This document shows, one piece after another, positions 18,491-26,915 of a stretch of DNA of 64,000 bases. Both the position numbers and the translations under genes were made by a program. The first letter of the stretch is position 1. Every line of letters starts with the position of its first letter. The stretch is from Candidatus Omnitrophota bacterium. GTDB taxonomy: Bacteria > Omnitrophota > Gorgyraeia > Duberdicusellales > 4484-171. Location: contig JAQTOI010000002.1 in NCBI GenBank assembly GCA_028713415.1, positions 16,689 through 80,688 of the forward strand. Reading direction: 5' to 3'. The notes below the pieces were generated by a model, which did no database searches, was not told where the DNA came from, and saw only the letters and a program-made list of their open reading frames with translations.

Positions 18491-19231
18491 ATGAATAAAG
18501 TATTTACTCAATCAAAGTCTCTACGAGACATTGACACCCATTACTGCCCGGGATGCGGCCATGGAATATTGCACCGGCTTGTTGCAGAAGTTATCGACGA
18601 GCTTGGGTTGCGCGAGAAAACAATTGGAGTCGCGCCGGTTGGCTGCGCGGTCATTGCTTATGATTACTGGAGTTTTGACTGCACGGAGGCAGCCCACGGC
18701 AGAGCATTGGCTGTTGCCACAGCAATTAAACGCTGCCGGCCGAATCTGGCAGTATTCACTTATCAAGGAGACGGAGATTTAGCCTCTATAGGCCTCGCCG
18801 AAACCGTGCACGCAGCAAATCGAGGCGAGAACCTTACATGTATATTCGTGAATAATGCCTGCTATGGCATGACCGGCGGGCAAATGGCACCCACGACAAT
18901 CATCGGACAAAAAACTACCACAACACCCTGGGGAAGAAGCCCCTCAAACGGCGATGGCTGGCCGCTTAAGGTGAGCGAAATGTTAGCTCCTTTGGAAGGC
19001 GTATGTTTTGTTGCGCGAGCAACCATTACAAACCCTAATGCTGTGCTGAAAACAAAAAACTATATTAAGAAGGCCTTTTGCAATCAGATGGAAAATAAGG
19101 GGTTTTCTCTGGTGGAAATTTTAAGCCCTTGCCCGACAGTCTGGCAGAAAGAACCAACGCAGGCGATGAGGTGGATAGAGGAAGAAATGGTTAAAGTGTT
19201 TCCATTGGGAGTAATAAAGGATAAGGCATAG
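18491..19231 (+). CDS. 2-oxoacid:ferredoxin oxidoreductase beta subunit (TPP-binding)
   Basis: 246 aa with HYCPGCGHGILHRLV... and a TPP-binding GDG motif (YQGDGDLASIG). Confidence 0.8.
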   Translation: MNKVFTQSKSLRDIDTHYCPGCGHGILHRLVAEVIDELGLREKTIGVAPVGCAVIAYDYWSFDCTEAAHGRALAVATAIKRCRPNLAVFTYQGDGDLASIGLAETVHAANRGENLTCIFVNNACYGMTGGQMAPTTIIGQKTTTTPWGRSPSNGDGWPLKVSEMLAPLEGVCFVARATITNPNAVLKTKNYIKKAFCNQMENKGFSLVEILSPCPTVWQKEPTQAMRWIEEEMVKVFPLGVIKDKA

Positions 19232-19302
19232 CGCAAAGAGCAGAGCGCAAAGCGTTAAAATTTTTCATACGCTATGCGCTATGCGCCACGCGCTTAGCGA
19301 AT

Positions 19303-19845
19303 ATGAAAGTAGAAATACTATTATCCGGCTTCGGCGGACAGGGCGTAATGAGCTTGGGCAAGGCCTTGGCAACTGCTGCGCTTATGCAAGGAAAGCACCC
19401 CATTTATTTTCCTTCCTATGGGGCTGAAGTGCGGGGAGGAACCGCCTATTGTTTCGTGAAGATATCTGACGAAACTATCGGCTCGCCTTTAATAGAGAAA
19501 CCTGATATCGCTATTATTTTAAACCAGCCTTCATTGGATAAATTTGAGAAGGACTTAAAAACAAGCTGTCTTTTAATCGCAAATTCAGATCTTATCACGC
19601 GCAAAATTGTGCGCAAAGATATAGAGGTGGTGCTGGCACCGCTTAATACTATAGCTCTTGACTGCAAAAACAGCAAAGTAGCAAATACGGTTGCGCTGGG
19701 GATTCTTATCGCGCTAAGGCCACAGCTGCTTAAGAAAGAAACCATATTAAAATTTCTTGAGCAAACATTTCCACCGGGAGAATTGTTAGAGCAAAACAGA
19801 GAGGCGTTGAACAAAGGCATACAATACGCTTTGTCAAAAAAATGA
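19303..19845 (+). CDS. 2-oxoacid:ferredoxin oxidoreductase gamma subunit
   Basis: 180 aa. MKVEILLSGFGGQGVMSLGKALATAA is typical of the POR/KOR gamma subunit. Confidence 0.75.
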   Translation: MKVEILLSGFGGQGVMSLGKALATAALMQGKHPIYFPSYGAEVRGGTAYCFVKISDETIGSPLIEKPDIAIILNQPSLDKFEKDLKTSCLLIANSDLITRKIVRKDIEVVLAPLNTIALDCKNSKVANTVALGILIALRPQLLKKETILKFLEQTFPPGELLEQNREALNKGIQYALSKK

Positions 19846-19936
19846 TTCCAGCGATTAGGGAAAGATTACGGAGATTTCTAATCACTGTAATCGTTCTCAT
19901 AATCTGTGTAATCAAAACCAATAAAAGAATTATTTA
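19846..19936. repeat. Intergenic word-repeat element (GATTACGG/TAATC words)
   Basis: ...gattacggagatttctaatcactgtaatcgttctcataatctgtgtaatc... lies between korC and gltX. Confidence 0.5.
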
Positions 19937-21223
19937 ATGGTAAAAGTAAGATTTGCTCCCTCACCTACGGGGTATCTGCATATCGGCGGCGCACGCACCT
20001 GCCTTTTTAACTGGCTCTATGCCCGCGCTAAAAAAGGTAAATTTATTTTGCGCATCGAGGACACCGACCTTGAACGCTCAAAAAAGGAATATCTCGATGA
20101 AATTTTAGAAAGCATACGCTGGCTGGGGCTGGACTGGGATGAAATTTATTACCAGTCACAGCGTTTTGACCTCTACAAGCAATACGCGCAGAAATTAATA
20201 GAGTCGGGCAACGCTTATCAAAAAGAAGGCGCGGTTTTTTTTAAATACCAGTTTAGCAAAATAGAAATTAATGACTTAATCCGCGGGAAAATCATCTTTA
20301 CCGAATTACCCAAAGAAGAAGAAGTGATAATAAAAAGCGATGGCTCTCCGACATACAATTTTAGCTGCGTGATAGATGACGCTACTATGGGCCTTACCCA
20401 CGTGATAAGAGGGGAAGACCATATTTCCAACACTCCCAAACAAATACTGATGTATAAGGCGCTGGGCTTAAACACTCCTGAATTTGCGCATGTGCCGTTA
20501 ATTCTATCTCCTGACGGAGGCCGCCTTTCCAAGCGTTACGGCGCAACTTCTATACGCGAATACAAAGAAGCCGGTTATCTGGCTGATGCAATCGCCAATT
20601 ACTTATCGCTTTTGAGCTGGTCCCCAGGCAATAACCGCGAAATTATCTCGCTTGACTCAGCAAAAGAAATTTTTGATATAGCGGATGTCAATAAAACCGG
20701 AGCAGAATTTTCTCTGGAGAAATTAAACTGGTTGAATTCAGAATACATCAAAGCCAAAGACACTAAAACTTTGGCCGAAATTGTAGCCAATTTTCTGAAA
20801 GATAAAAAATTCCTTCCGGAAAATGTTTCACAAGATTATTTAGAAAAGGTAACGCAGCTTTTCAGGGACCGTTTGGTGAAACTTTCTGATTTTCTTGATC
20901 GTGCGAGGTTTTGCTTCTATGATGATTATGTATATGCGCCGGATACTCAAGAAATATTGCAAAACAACCTTTCTAAACAAATAGATGCGCTCGCGCAGAA
21001 GATGTCTGACATAGCCGATTTTAATAAGCTTGCGATAGAGACGGAATTTCGTGCAACCTGCACAAATTTAGGCCTAAAGACAAAAGAGCTGGTGCATCCG
21101 GTGCGCGTAGCCCTTAGCGGAAACAGGGTAGGCCCGGGTTTGTTTGAAACTATGGAAGTGCTTGGGAAAAATGAAGTGGTAAAGAGGCTTAAACGCCTCA
21201 TTCAATATTGGCAAAGTACGTAA
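19937..21223 (+). CDS. gltX: Glutamate--tRNA ligase
   Basis: 428 aa with RFAPSPTGYLHIGGARTCLFNW (the HIGH motif) and a KMSKS-like LSKRYG. Confidence 0.9.
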   Translation: MVKVRFAPSPTGYLHIGGARTCLFNWLYARAKKGKFILRIEDTDLERSKKEYLDEILESIRWLGLDWDEIYYQSQRFDLYKQYAQKLIESGNAYQKEGAVFFKYQFSKIEINDLIRGKIIFTELPKEEEVIIKSDGSPTYNFSCVIDDATMGLTHVIRGEDHISNTPKQILMYKALGLNTPEFAHVPLILSPDGGRLSKRYGATSIREYKEAGYLADAIANYLSLLSWSPGNNREIISLDSAKEIFDIADVNKTGAEFSLEKLNWLNSEYIKAKDTKTLAEIVANFLKDKKFLPENVSQDYLEKVTQLFRDRLVKLSDFLDRARFCFYDDYVYAPDTQEILQNNLSKQIDALAQKMSDIADFNKLAIETEFRATCTNLGLKTKELVHPVRVALSGNRVGPGLFETMEVLGKNEVVKRLKRLIQYWQST

Positions 21224-21231
21224 GGAGGCCT

Positions 21232-21405
21232 ATGAAAAAATTTTATTTTATTCTTATCGCGTTAATTGCAATCATTTCTCTTTCAGGTTGCGCGACAGTA
21301 CGCAATGTTTCAGAAGGTTTAGGCAAAGGTGTGGTTGAGGACGGAAGAAATACGGTCAATCACCTAAAAACCGCTAACGCCTGGTGGCGCGAGCATACGT
21401 GGTGA
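21232..21405 (+). CDS. Small lipoprotein (58 aa)
   Basis: MKKFYFILIALIAIISLSGC has a lipobox. The RBS AAGGAGG lies 7 nt upstream. The track ORF starts 24 nt earlier, inside the gltX 3' end. Confidence 0.4.
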   Translation: MKKFYFILIALIAIISLSGCATVRNVSEGLGKGVVEDGRNTVNHLKTANAWWREHTW

Positions 21406-21480
21406 AAATTGATTACAGAGATTACGGAAAGATTACGGAGATTGTAAATCTCTGAAATCTTTTCCTAATCTCCGGAATCG
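21406..21480. repeat. Intergenic word-repeat imperfect palindrome (GATTAC/TAATC words)
   Basis: gattacagagattacggaaagattacggagatt-gtaa-atctctgaaatcttttcctaatctccggaatc. The two arms pair about 75%, with mismatches confined to dinucleotide positions. Confidence 0.55.
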
Positions 21481-21499
21481 TTTAATTTAAGGAGGTGCT

Positions 21500-21895
21500 A
21501 TGAAGATTTTAATGTTGGTTTTCGCAGCATCGTTGTTCCTGAATATGACTGCTTACGGAGAAAATAGTTATACTGCAATGGGGAATAGTTATACTGTAAC
21601 GGGGGATGGTAATACTACAATGGGAAGCGATCCTTACGTGGCTGCTTGCGCCAAAGAATGCAGCTTTTTAACCAAAGACTGCACCGCGTATCTGGACTGC
21701 CGGGTGGCCAAAACAACCTGCACGGAAAATTGCATGCAGCGTAAAGTATGGGAGAAAGTGGCAATATCTTTGGATAAATTAATTGTTTCACTCGAAGAAC
21801 AAACTCAAGCGTCTCTTAAAGAAAAAGAAATATTTGCGCAATTAATTAAAACTCTTTCAGCCGGGGCCCAAAAAAGCGAAACAGGCGCCGAATAA
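21500..21895 (+). CDS. Secreted Cys-rich hypothetical protein with N-terminal NSYT tandem repeats
   Basis: 131 aa with a signal peptide and ENSYTAMGNSYTVTGDGNTTMG, which is encoded by about 3 imperfect 21-nt DNA repeats, then 6 Cys residues. The RBS GGAGG is upstream. Confidence 0.45.
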   Translation: MKILMLVFAASLFLNMTAYGENSYTAMGNSYTVTGDGNTTMGSDPYVAACAKECSFLTKDCTAYLDCRVAKTTCTENCMQRKVWEKVAISLDKLIVSLEEQTQASLKEKEIFAQLIKTLSAGAQKSETGAE

Positions 21896-21955
21896 ACCGG
21901 CGCTCAATAATCTTTTAAACAATTAGGGCCTCGATTGGCAGGAAAACAAACAGAA

Positions 21956-22111
21956 ATGGCTAAAAAATGTAAAAAGTGTGGTGTGCCTCTGGAAGGATTC
22001 TTATATAACTGGATTGCTTCAAAAATACTGGGGATAAAACCCTCTACGCAAGATACAGACATCTGCAATAAATGCGAAGATAAGAAAAATATGCAAGGTA
22101 AACGACTATAA
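21956..22111 (+). CDS. Putative 51-aa zinc-ribbon-like small protein
   Basis: Hand-translated MAKKCKKCGVPLEGFLYNWIASKILGIKPSTQDTDICNKCEDKKNMQGKRL with two CxxC pairs. Its stop overlaps the next ORF's ATG. It is below the track cutoff and speculative. Confidence 0.3.
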   Translation: MAKKCKKCGVPLEGFLYNWIASKILGIKPSTQDTDICNKCEDKKNMQGKRL

Positions 22112-22410
22112 TGAGCCCCCTTCTAACTCAATTATTAGCACTAAGCTTATATGTTTTAACCATGGGGTTCTGTTTTTGCGACGGTTTTAAGCTGCATATC
22201 GCAAGAAAACTCGCCTGGTTTCTTGTGTTCCTTTTAATCAGCGCCTATACCTTTCAATTAAAAGGAGAATATGATCTGGCGCTGATCTTGCCTATTCCTT
22301 CTTTGCTGGCAATACTATTATGCAATTACCAAAGAAAGGAAGCGTTGCTTCGGGAAGCTCGGGAAATAATGGCACGCTCAGCGCAACGCCAAAAAATGCT
22401 ACAAAGATGA
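22111..22410 (+). CDS. Hypothetical small membrane protein (99 aa, 3 TM)
   Basis: ORF in the track, hydrophobic, with no known domain. It overlaps its neighbours translationally. Confidence 0.4.
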   Translation: MSPLLTQLLALSLYVLTMGFCFCDGFKLHIARKLAWFLVFLLISAYTFQLKGEYDLALILPIPSLLAILLCNYQRKEALLREAREIMARSAQRQKMLQR

Positions 22411-22526
22411 GGCTGTTATTTCTGGCGTTTCTTACGCTTTTTTTATGCGCTTGCCTGTTCGATAAAAAACCTGTCAGGAAAGGTTATGTTACCTATTACC
22501 CCGCAAAAGCCACAAAGCCGCGATGA
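22407..22526 (+). CDS. Tiny lipoprotein (39 aa) with a GYVTYYPAKAT motif
   Basis: The ATG at 22407 overlaps the previous stop (ATGA). MRLLFLAFLTLFLCAC has a lipobox. It is a paralog of the next gene. Confidence 0.4.
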   Translation: MRLLFLAFLTLFLCACLFDKKPVRKGYVTYYPAKATKPR

Positions 22527-22714
22527 AAATATTGTTTATTGTATTGCTTGCCATCCTCTGCGGCTGCTCTAATCAAAAACCTTATACTGAAGGTTATACC
22601 ACTTATTACCCTGCGAAATCCACAACGCCCACCGTCTATCAAACTCCTTATGACATCATCGAAGAGGGCAATAAAATAACAACCAGAAAAACTACCTACG
22701 AAGCCGCTCAATAA
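22523..22714 (+). CDS. Small lipoprotein (63 aa) with a GYTTYYPAKST motif, tandem paralog of 22407-22526
   Basis: MKILFIVLLAILCGCS has a lipobox. It shares the GY(V/T)TYYPAK(A/S)T motif with the upstream gene. Confidence 0.45.
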   Translation: MKILFIVLLAILCGCSNQKPYTEGYTTYYPAKSTTPTVYQTPYDIIEEGNKITTRKTTYEAAQ

Positions 22715-22725
22715 TTTGTTGTTAT

Positions 22726-23034
22726 TTACCGGCCGCGATAATCACCCCTGTGATTATATTGACCATAAAACCTGGCTCGTTTTTCCCAGTGGCCGCCAAT
22801 CCAAACATACCTTCGGAATCTTCCTTGCCGCTCCCAATGCCCAGGGACCCAGATAAAATCACGATGCTGCCTTGAATTTATGTTGATTTGGAATCCGGGA
22901 AAACGCGCCTGAATAACCGGAACAACTACTGTAGATTTATCCCTGTGCTGGTCTCTTGGCGATGCAAAGGCATTGTTGCTTGTAAAAATAACACCTGAAA
23001 GCAAAAGACAAACTACCAAAATCAGCCGTTTCAT
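22726..23034 (-). CDS. Secreted basic hypothetical protein with duplicated W(V/I)(P/G)GHWE(R/K) motif
   Basis: 102 aa with a signal peptide MKRLILVVCLLLSGVIFTSNNAFA and an internal repeat ...IWVPGHWERQGRFRRYVWIGGHWEKRARF. Confidence 0.45.
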   Translation of the reverse strand: MKRLILVVCLLLSGVIFTSNNAFASPRDQHRDKSTVVVPVIQARFPGFQININSRQHRDFIWVPGHWERQGRFRRYVWIGGHWEKRARFYGQYNHRGDYRGR

Positions 23035-23661
23035 AAACCCTCCTTTTTAATGAGCGCGTGACTTATGGAGCGAACGCATGTGAGCGCTCATAAGCCACAT
23101 GCGCGAATGATCCCGTTTTTGCCTCCATTGATATTTTCGCAATTTCCCCGTGCCGCCCTTAGCGGCAGGAAATTGCGAGAGAAACCTATTGGGCGCAAAA
23201 ATGGGACAAATTCGACCTAGCATTTTTCCTGCGTATTAACTTGTAAAAATGCTGGTCTCATTTGATTAGACGATAGAGGGTCAAAAAAAGTCTACATGCA
23301 ACTCTACTGCCACCAATAGTATTTCAATCTGCGTAATCTTTCTTCAATCTGTGCAATCAAGTTCTTTCCCTTTACTACAAGCTTGGGAAAGAACTAAAAA
23401 TTCTACTTGCGATAATCCCTTGAAAATAATACAATAATTCAAGTTAATGAGGCAGTTAAAATTTAAGCCGAAGGCTTAACTTTTACGTAGCCGAATTAAT
23501 CCCGCCGGAGTCATGGTAAATTTGCGAAGTAAATTTACCGTGTATACAGCGAAGGCGGGATAACACGTTTTCTGGATAGTCTAATATTTGTCCCAACTAA
23601 CGTTGGGACAAATCGACTAGAGGCTTTTGTGCACCTTCAGCTTCAAAAGCCTGAGTCTCAT

Positions 23662-23736
23662 TGCCCGGTAGTGTAATTGGCAACATGACAGACTCTGGAT
23701 CTGTTGTTCATGGTTCGACTCCATGCCGGGCAGCCA
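23662..23736 (+). tRNA. tRNA-Gln (anticodon CTG), CCA encoded
   Basis: UGCCCGGUAGUGUAAUUGGCAACAUGACAGACUCUGGAUCUGUUGUUCAUGGUUCGACUCCAUGCCGGGCAGCCA. It has a U1-A72 pair, discriminator G73, anticodon loop CUCUGGA, and T-loop GGUUCGACUCC. The overlapping track ORF 23661-23972 is spurious. Confidence 0.85.
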
Positions 23737-23744
23737 TAATAAAA

Positions 23745-23776
23745 AATCCTCCTCATTTTTTTGAGGGGGATTTTTT
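23745..23776 (+). terminator. Rho-independent terminator after tRNA-Gln
   Basis: AATCCTCCTCA-TTTTTTT-GAGGGGGATT hairpin followed by TTTTTT. Confidence 0.45.
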
Positions 23777-23945
23777 ATTTATAGTTTTAGGCATGGAGGA
23801 GAACCATCAAAGGGAGCTCAAGGGAAAAGACATTTTTCCCTCGAATTACGTACGCTTCTTTGCAAGGGAAAGAAGTGACAGTCCGCCACACAAGTGGCGA
23901 GGCGTCAGAGAAGAAAACCGTAGGTTGTCTTTTATGAGGAGCGAA

Positions 23946-23967
23946 GCCTGCCTGCCGGCAGGCAGGG
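23946..23967. repeat. REP-like GC palindrome (GCCTGCCTGCCGGCAGGCAGGG), perfect 20-bp palindrome core, copy 4
   Basis: Lies in the non-coding region downstream of tRNA-Gln. Confidence 0.6.
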
Positions 23968-24461
23968 AGTGAGCGACTGGTTCGCCGCAGGGAAATTCCA
24001 TGCGACCGGAGGGCTCATGCCCGAAGGGAGTGCCGAAATTTTACCTGAATGTAATTATATAGATGATTTCGGCCCGGGCAGCCAGGCTTCATCGCGCTTG
24101 CGCGCGTTTCTTCGAATAGAGGTTTTCCTTCAACCGAATGTTATTTTCTCTTACGCCCCGATATTAATCGGGGCGTAACTCTTTAGGGTTTGGGCCCCCA
24201 AACTAAGGTTGTTCATATGAAGCCTCATGAAGGGCGCTGCCTCTTTCTGATGCTTCGCTGTAAGCTTACGCAAAGAAGAAACTTACGCTTCGCTGGTCAA
24301 TCCCCGTAAGAATTTCAGAGAAGAATTTTTATGCTAAATGTTTTGCATTTTAGCTCGATAGCTTTAATTTTTTAAAAGGGTAGTTGGAACAACGGGTTCG
24401 CTGAAGGAAGGGAGTTTTTATTCGTTGATTGTCCCGGCAGGCGAGAACCTGTTAGCCGCGG

Positions 24462-24836
24462 CTATTTCATCTTTAGCAGTAATTTGATATTTTTCAGAAG
24501 TTCGTCCATCTCAAAAGGCTTACGCACATAACAGTTTGCGCCGAGTACCCTGCCTATTACTTTATCGGTATCTGAATTTTTGGCGGTAAGCATAATTATG
24601 GGCAGCGATTCATATTTTTCTTCCTTGCGCAGTTCTCTGCAAATTTGTTCTCCGGGCAAACCCGGAAGTCCTAAATCAAGGAGAATTAGGCTGGCTCCGG
24701 AAGTCCTTGCCTTGTATATACCTTCATAACCATCGCCGGCCGTAATAATTTCGAATCCTTCCATCTCCAGCCTAAGCTTAAGGATTCTTACCATGTCGAC
24801 GTTATCATCTATAATCAAAATTTTTTTCTTTTCCAT
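24462..24836 (-). CDS. Single-domain response regulator (CheY-like receiver)
   Basis: MEKKKILIIDDNVDMVR...LILLDLGLPGL...IIMLTAK is the REC domain. The ATG at 24836 is preceded by a G-rich RBS. The track ORF is extended by 16 codons. Confidence 0.75.
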   Translation of the reverse strand: MEKKKILIIDDNVDMVRILKLRLEMEGFEIITAGDGYEGIYKARTSGASLILLDLGLPGLPGEQICRELRKEEKYESLPIIMLTAKNSDTDKVIGRVLGANCYVRKPFEMDELLKNIKLLLKMK

Positions 24837-25021
24837 GGCAGCCCCCCGTCTTGTTTCTTTGTTTAACTTAGTAAGAGTAGCCAATTATTTTTACTATATA
24901 AATTGCCTTCAGTCAATTGATGATTTCCGCATCCGTAGTTAAAAAAGCTATACCTTAAATTTATTATCGGTGATATTATATATCCGAATATAGATAATTT
25001 TGCGCCGAGCCCAAGGTAGAT

Positions 25022-26122
25022 ATGAAAAAGGTTATCGCCATAACCCTCATCTTAGGATTGATTTTCTGTTTAAATCTACCGCAAAATGCGGATGCAGAAC
25101 TTTCTTTGCGCGTGGCAAGTTACTGGAGAAAATTAAAAGAAAATCTGGTGCAGTGCGAGCTTTGCCCGCGTAAATGCGTTATCGCGCCAAATCAAAGAGG
25201 CTTATGCACCGCGCGCATAAATCGCGGCGGAACTCTCTATACTCTAGCTTACGGAAATCCTGTTTCACTTGCCATTGACCCCATCGAAAAAAAACCTTTC
25301 TTCCATGTTGCTCCAGGAGAACCCATATTTTCCCTGGCGGTGGCAGGCTGCAATATGCGCTGCTTATTCTGTCAGAACTGGCAAATCTCTCAATCAAAGC
25401 CGGATGAAACGGTAAATTACAATATGCCTCCGCAGGCGGTGGTGGATACAGCAATAAAAAATAAATGTAAATTTATCGCTTTTACCTATACGGAGCCGAC
25501 TATTTTTTACGAATATATGCTGGATATCGCAAAAATAGCAAAGGCCAGCGGGCTTAAAAACACGATGCATTCCTGCGGCTACATAAATCCCAAACCTCTG
25601 GAAGAACTGCTTAAATACATGGATGCCGTAAATATTGACCTTAAATCCTTTGACGACAAATTTTATAATAAGATGGCAATGATGGCACAAGTCGGCCCGG
25701 TGCTTGAAACTATTAAAACTATAAAAAAGAACGGCGTATGGCTTGAGCTGACAAATCTGATTATCCCGGGAGAAAACGACTCGCCTGAACAAATACGCCG
25801 GATGTGCCTCTGGATTAAGGAAAATCTGGGTGATGATGTGCCTTTGCATTTTAGCCGGTTTATACCTACGTTTAAGTTGACTAATCTTCCGCCGACACCC
25901 ATTGAGAAACTGGAGGAAGCGCAAAAAATCGCAAAAGAGGCCGGTTTAAAATATGTATATATAGGAAACGTGCCCGGGCACGCCGGAGAGAATACCTATT
26001 GCCCGCATTGCGGAAGAGTTGTAGTTTCGCGCCTGGGCTATGAAATCAGGGAACTGAATATAAAAAACGGTAAGTGCGGCTTTTGCGGAGAAAAAATAGC
26101 CGGCCTCTGGGAAAATGGGTAA
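25022..26122 (+). CDS. Radical SAM enzyme, AmmeMemoRadiSam/PFL-activase-like, with predicted N-terminal signal/anchor
   Basis: 366 aa with CELCPRKC, a radical SAM cluster GCNMRCLFCQNW (Cx3Cx2C), and a C-terminal CPHCG...CGFCG cluster. The N-terminal 25 residues (MKKVIAITLILGLIFCLNLPQNADA) resemble a signal peptide. The alternative start GTG 25112 lacks an RBS. Confidence 0.7.
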   Translation: MKKVIAITLILGLIFCLNLPQNADAELSLRVASYWRKLKENLVQCELCPRKCVIAPNQRGLCTARINRGGTLYTLAYGNPVSLAIDPIEKKPFFHVAPGEPIFSLAVAGCNMRCLFCQNWQISQSKPDETVNYNMPPQAVVDTAIKNKCKFIAFTYTEPTIFYEYMLDIAKIAKASGLKNTMHSCGYINPKPLEELLKYMDAVNIDLKSFDDKFYNKMAMMAQVGPVLETIKTIKKNGVWLELTNLIIPGENDSPEQIRRMCLWIKENLGDDVPLHFSRFIPTFKLTNLPPTPIEKLEEAQKIAKEAGLKYVYIGNVPGHAGENTYCPHCGRVVVSRLGYEIRELNIKNGKCGFCGEKIAGLWENG

Positions 26123-26787
26123 TGTTAATAAATTTTATTGAGATTTTCGCTATAGGCTTTGGATTAGGCCTGGCCGGGCCCTGCCTTTTTTACTGTATCC
26201 CGCCTATTTTCGCCTTTACTCTCGGCTCAATAAAAAATTATGGAAAGTGCCTTATGGATATTTGTGTTTTTTTGTGCGGCCGGACAATTGCCTATATTTT
26301 TCTTGCATTTCTCGCAGGGGCCTCCGGCATGCTTCTGCATAATTTTATTGGCTGGCATTTTGCCTCTTACCTAAAGCCTCTGGCCGGTTTAATAAGCATT
26401 GGCCTTGGTATTTTTATCCTGTTTGAAAAAGAGAATAAGCAAAAGAGGTGCCTGCCGAAATTTGAAACCAATTATACCAAGGGGAGTTTGTTTGGCCTGG
26501 GTTTTATCTTAGGAATAACGCCTTGCGCGCCGCTGGTGGCCTTGCTGTCTGAAATAACCTTAATTTCAAAAGAAGCTTTCTCCGGCGCTCTTTACGGCCT
26601 TGCTTTTGGTTTAGGTACCTTTATTCCGGCGTTTCTCATCACCGCAGCTCTAGCGGGTATTTTTAAAGAGGCGCCGCGGGTGTTATTAAAATCAGTCAAT
26701 ACAAGGCGCTACCTGAAAATAACCTCATCGATTCTGCTTATAGCATTAGGTTTATTATTTATCGCAGGATCATTTACTGGTCGCTGA
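26122..26787 (+). CDS. DsbD_2/CcdA-like transmembrane protein with conserved Cys pair (putative thiol-disulfide or electron transfer)
   Basis: About 221 aa with 6 TM helices. Cys lies within TM1 (GLAGPCLFYC) and TM4 (GITPCAPLVA). The ATG at 26122 overlaps the radical SAM stop (TAATG). The family call is tentative. Confidence 0.5.
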   Translation: MLINFIEIFAIGFGLGLAGPCLFYCIPPIFAFTLGSIKNYGKCLMDICVFLCGRTIAYIFLAFLAGASGMLLHNFIGWHFASYLKPLAGLISIGLGIFILFEKENKQKRCLPKFETNYTKGSLFGLGFILGITPCAPLVALLSEITLISKEAFSGALYGLAFGLGTFIPAFLITAALAGIFKEAPRVLLKSVNTRRYLKITSSILLIALGLLFIAGSFTGR

Positions 26788-26915
26788 ACAACTATCTTGA
26801 CACCGCAGAGGCGCAAAAAGGAAAAAAAGAATGCACTTAGTTATTTTTAAATTTTTTATCTCACTTTTGCGTTTTTGCGCACTTTTGGCGGTTTAGCGGT
26901 GTAAAAATTTAAACA

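Noticed and set aside
23661-24178. Track ORFs 23661-23972 and 23969-24178
   Set aside because: The first overlaps tRNA-Gln and its terminator. The second starts inside the REP-like palindrome. Neither has an RBS or a recognisable domain.
23040-24461. RNase P RNA, tmRNA or SRP RNA in the large non-coding region
   Set aside because: I looked for GGAAAGUCCGG/ACAGAAnCCGGCUUA (RNase P), the tmRNA 5' GGGG...GAUUCGACGGG and 3' tRNA-like end, and the SRP AGGUCAGGUCCGGAAGGAAGCAGC motif on both strands. None was found. Only tRNA-Gln is supported.
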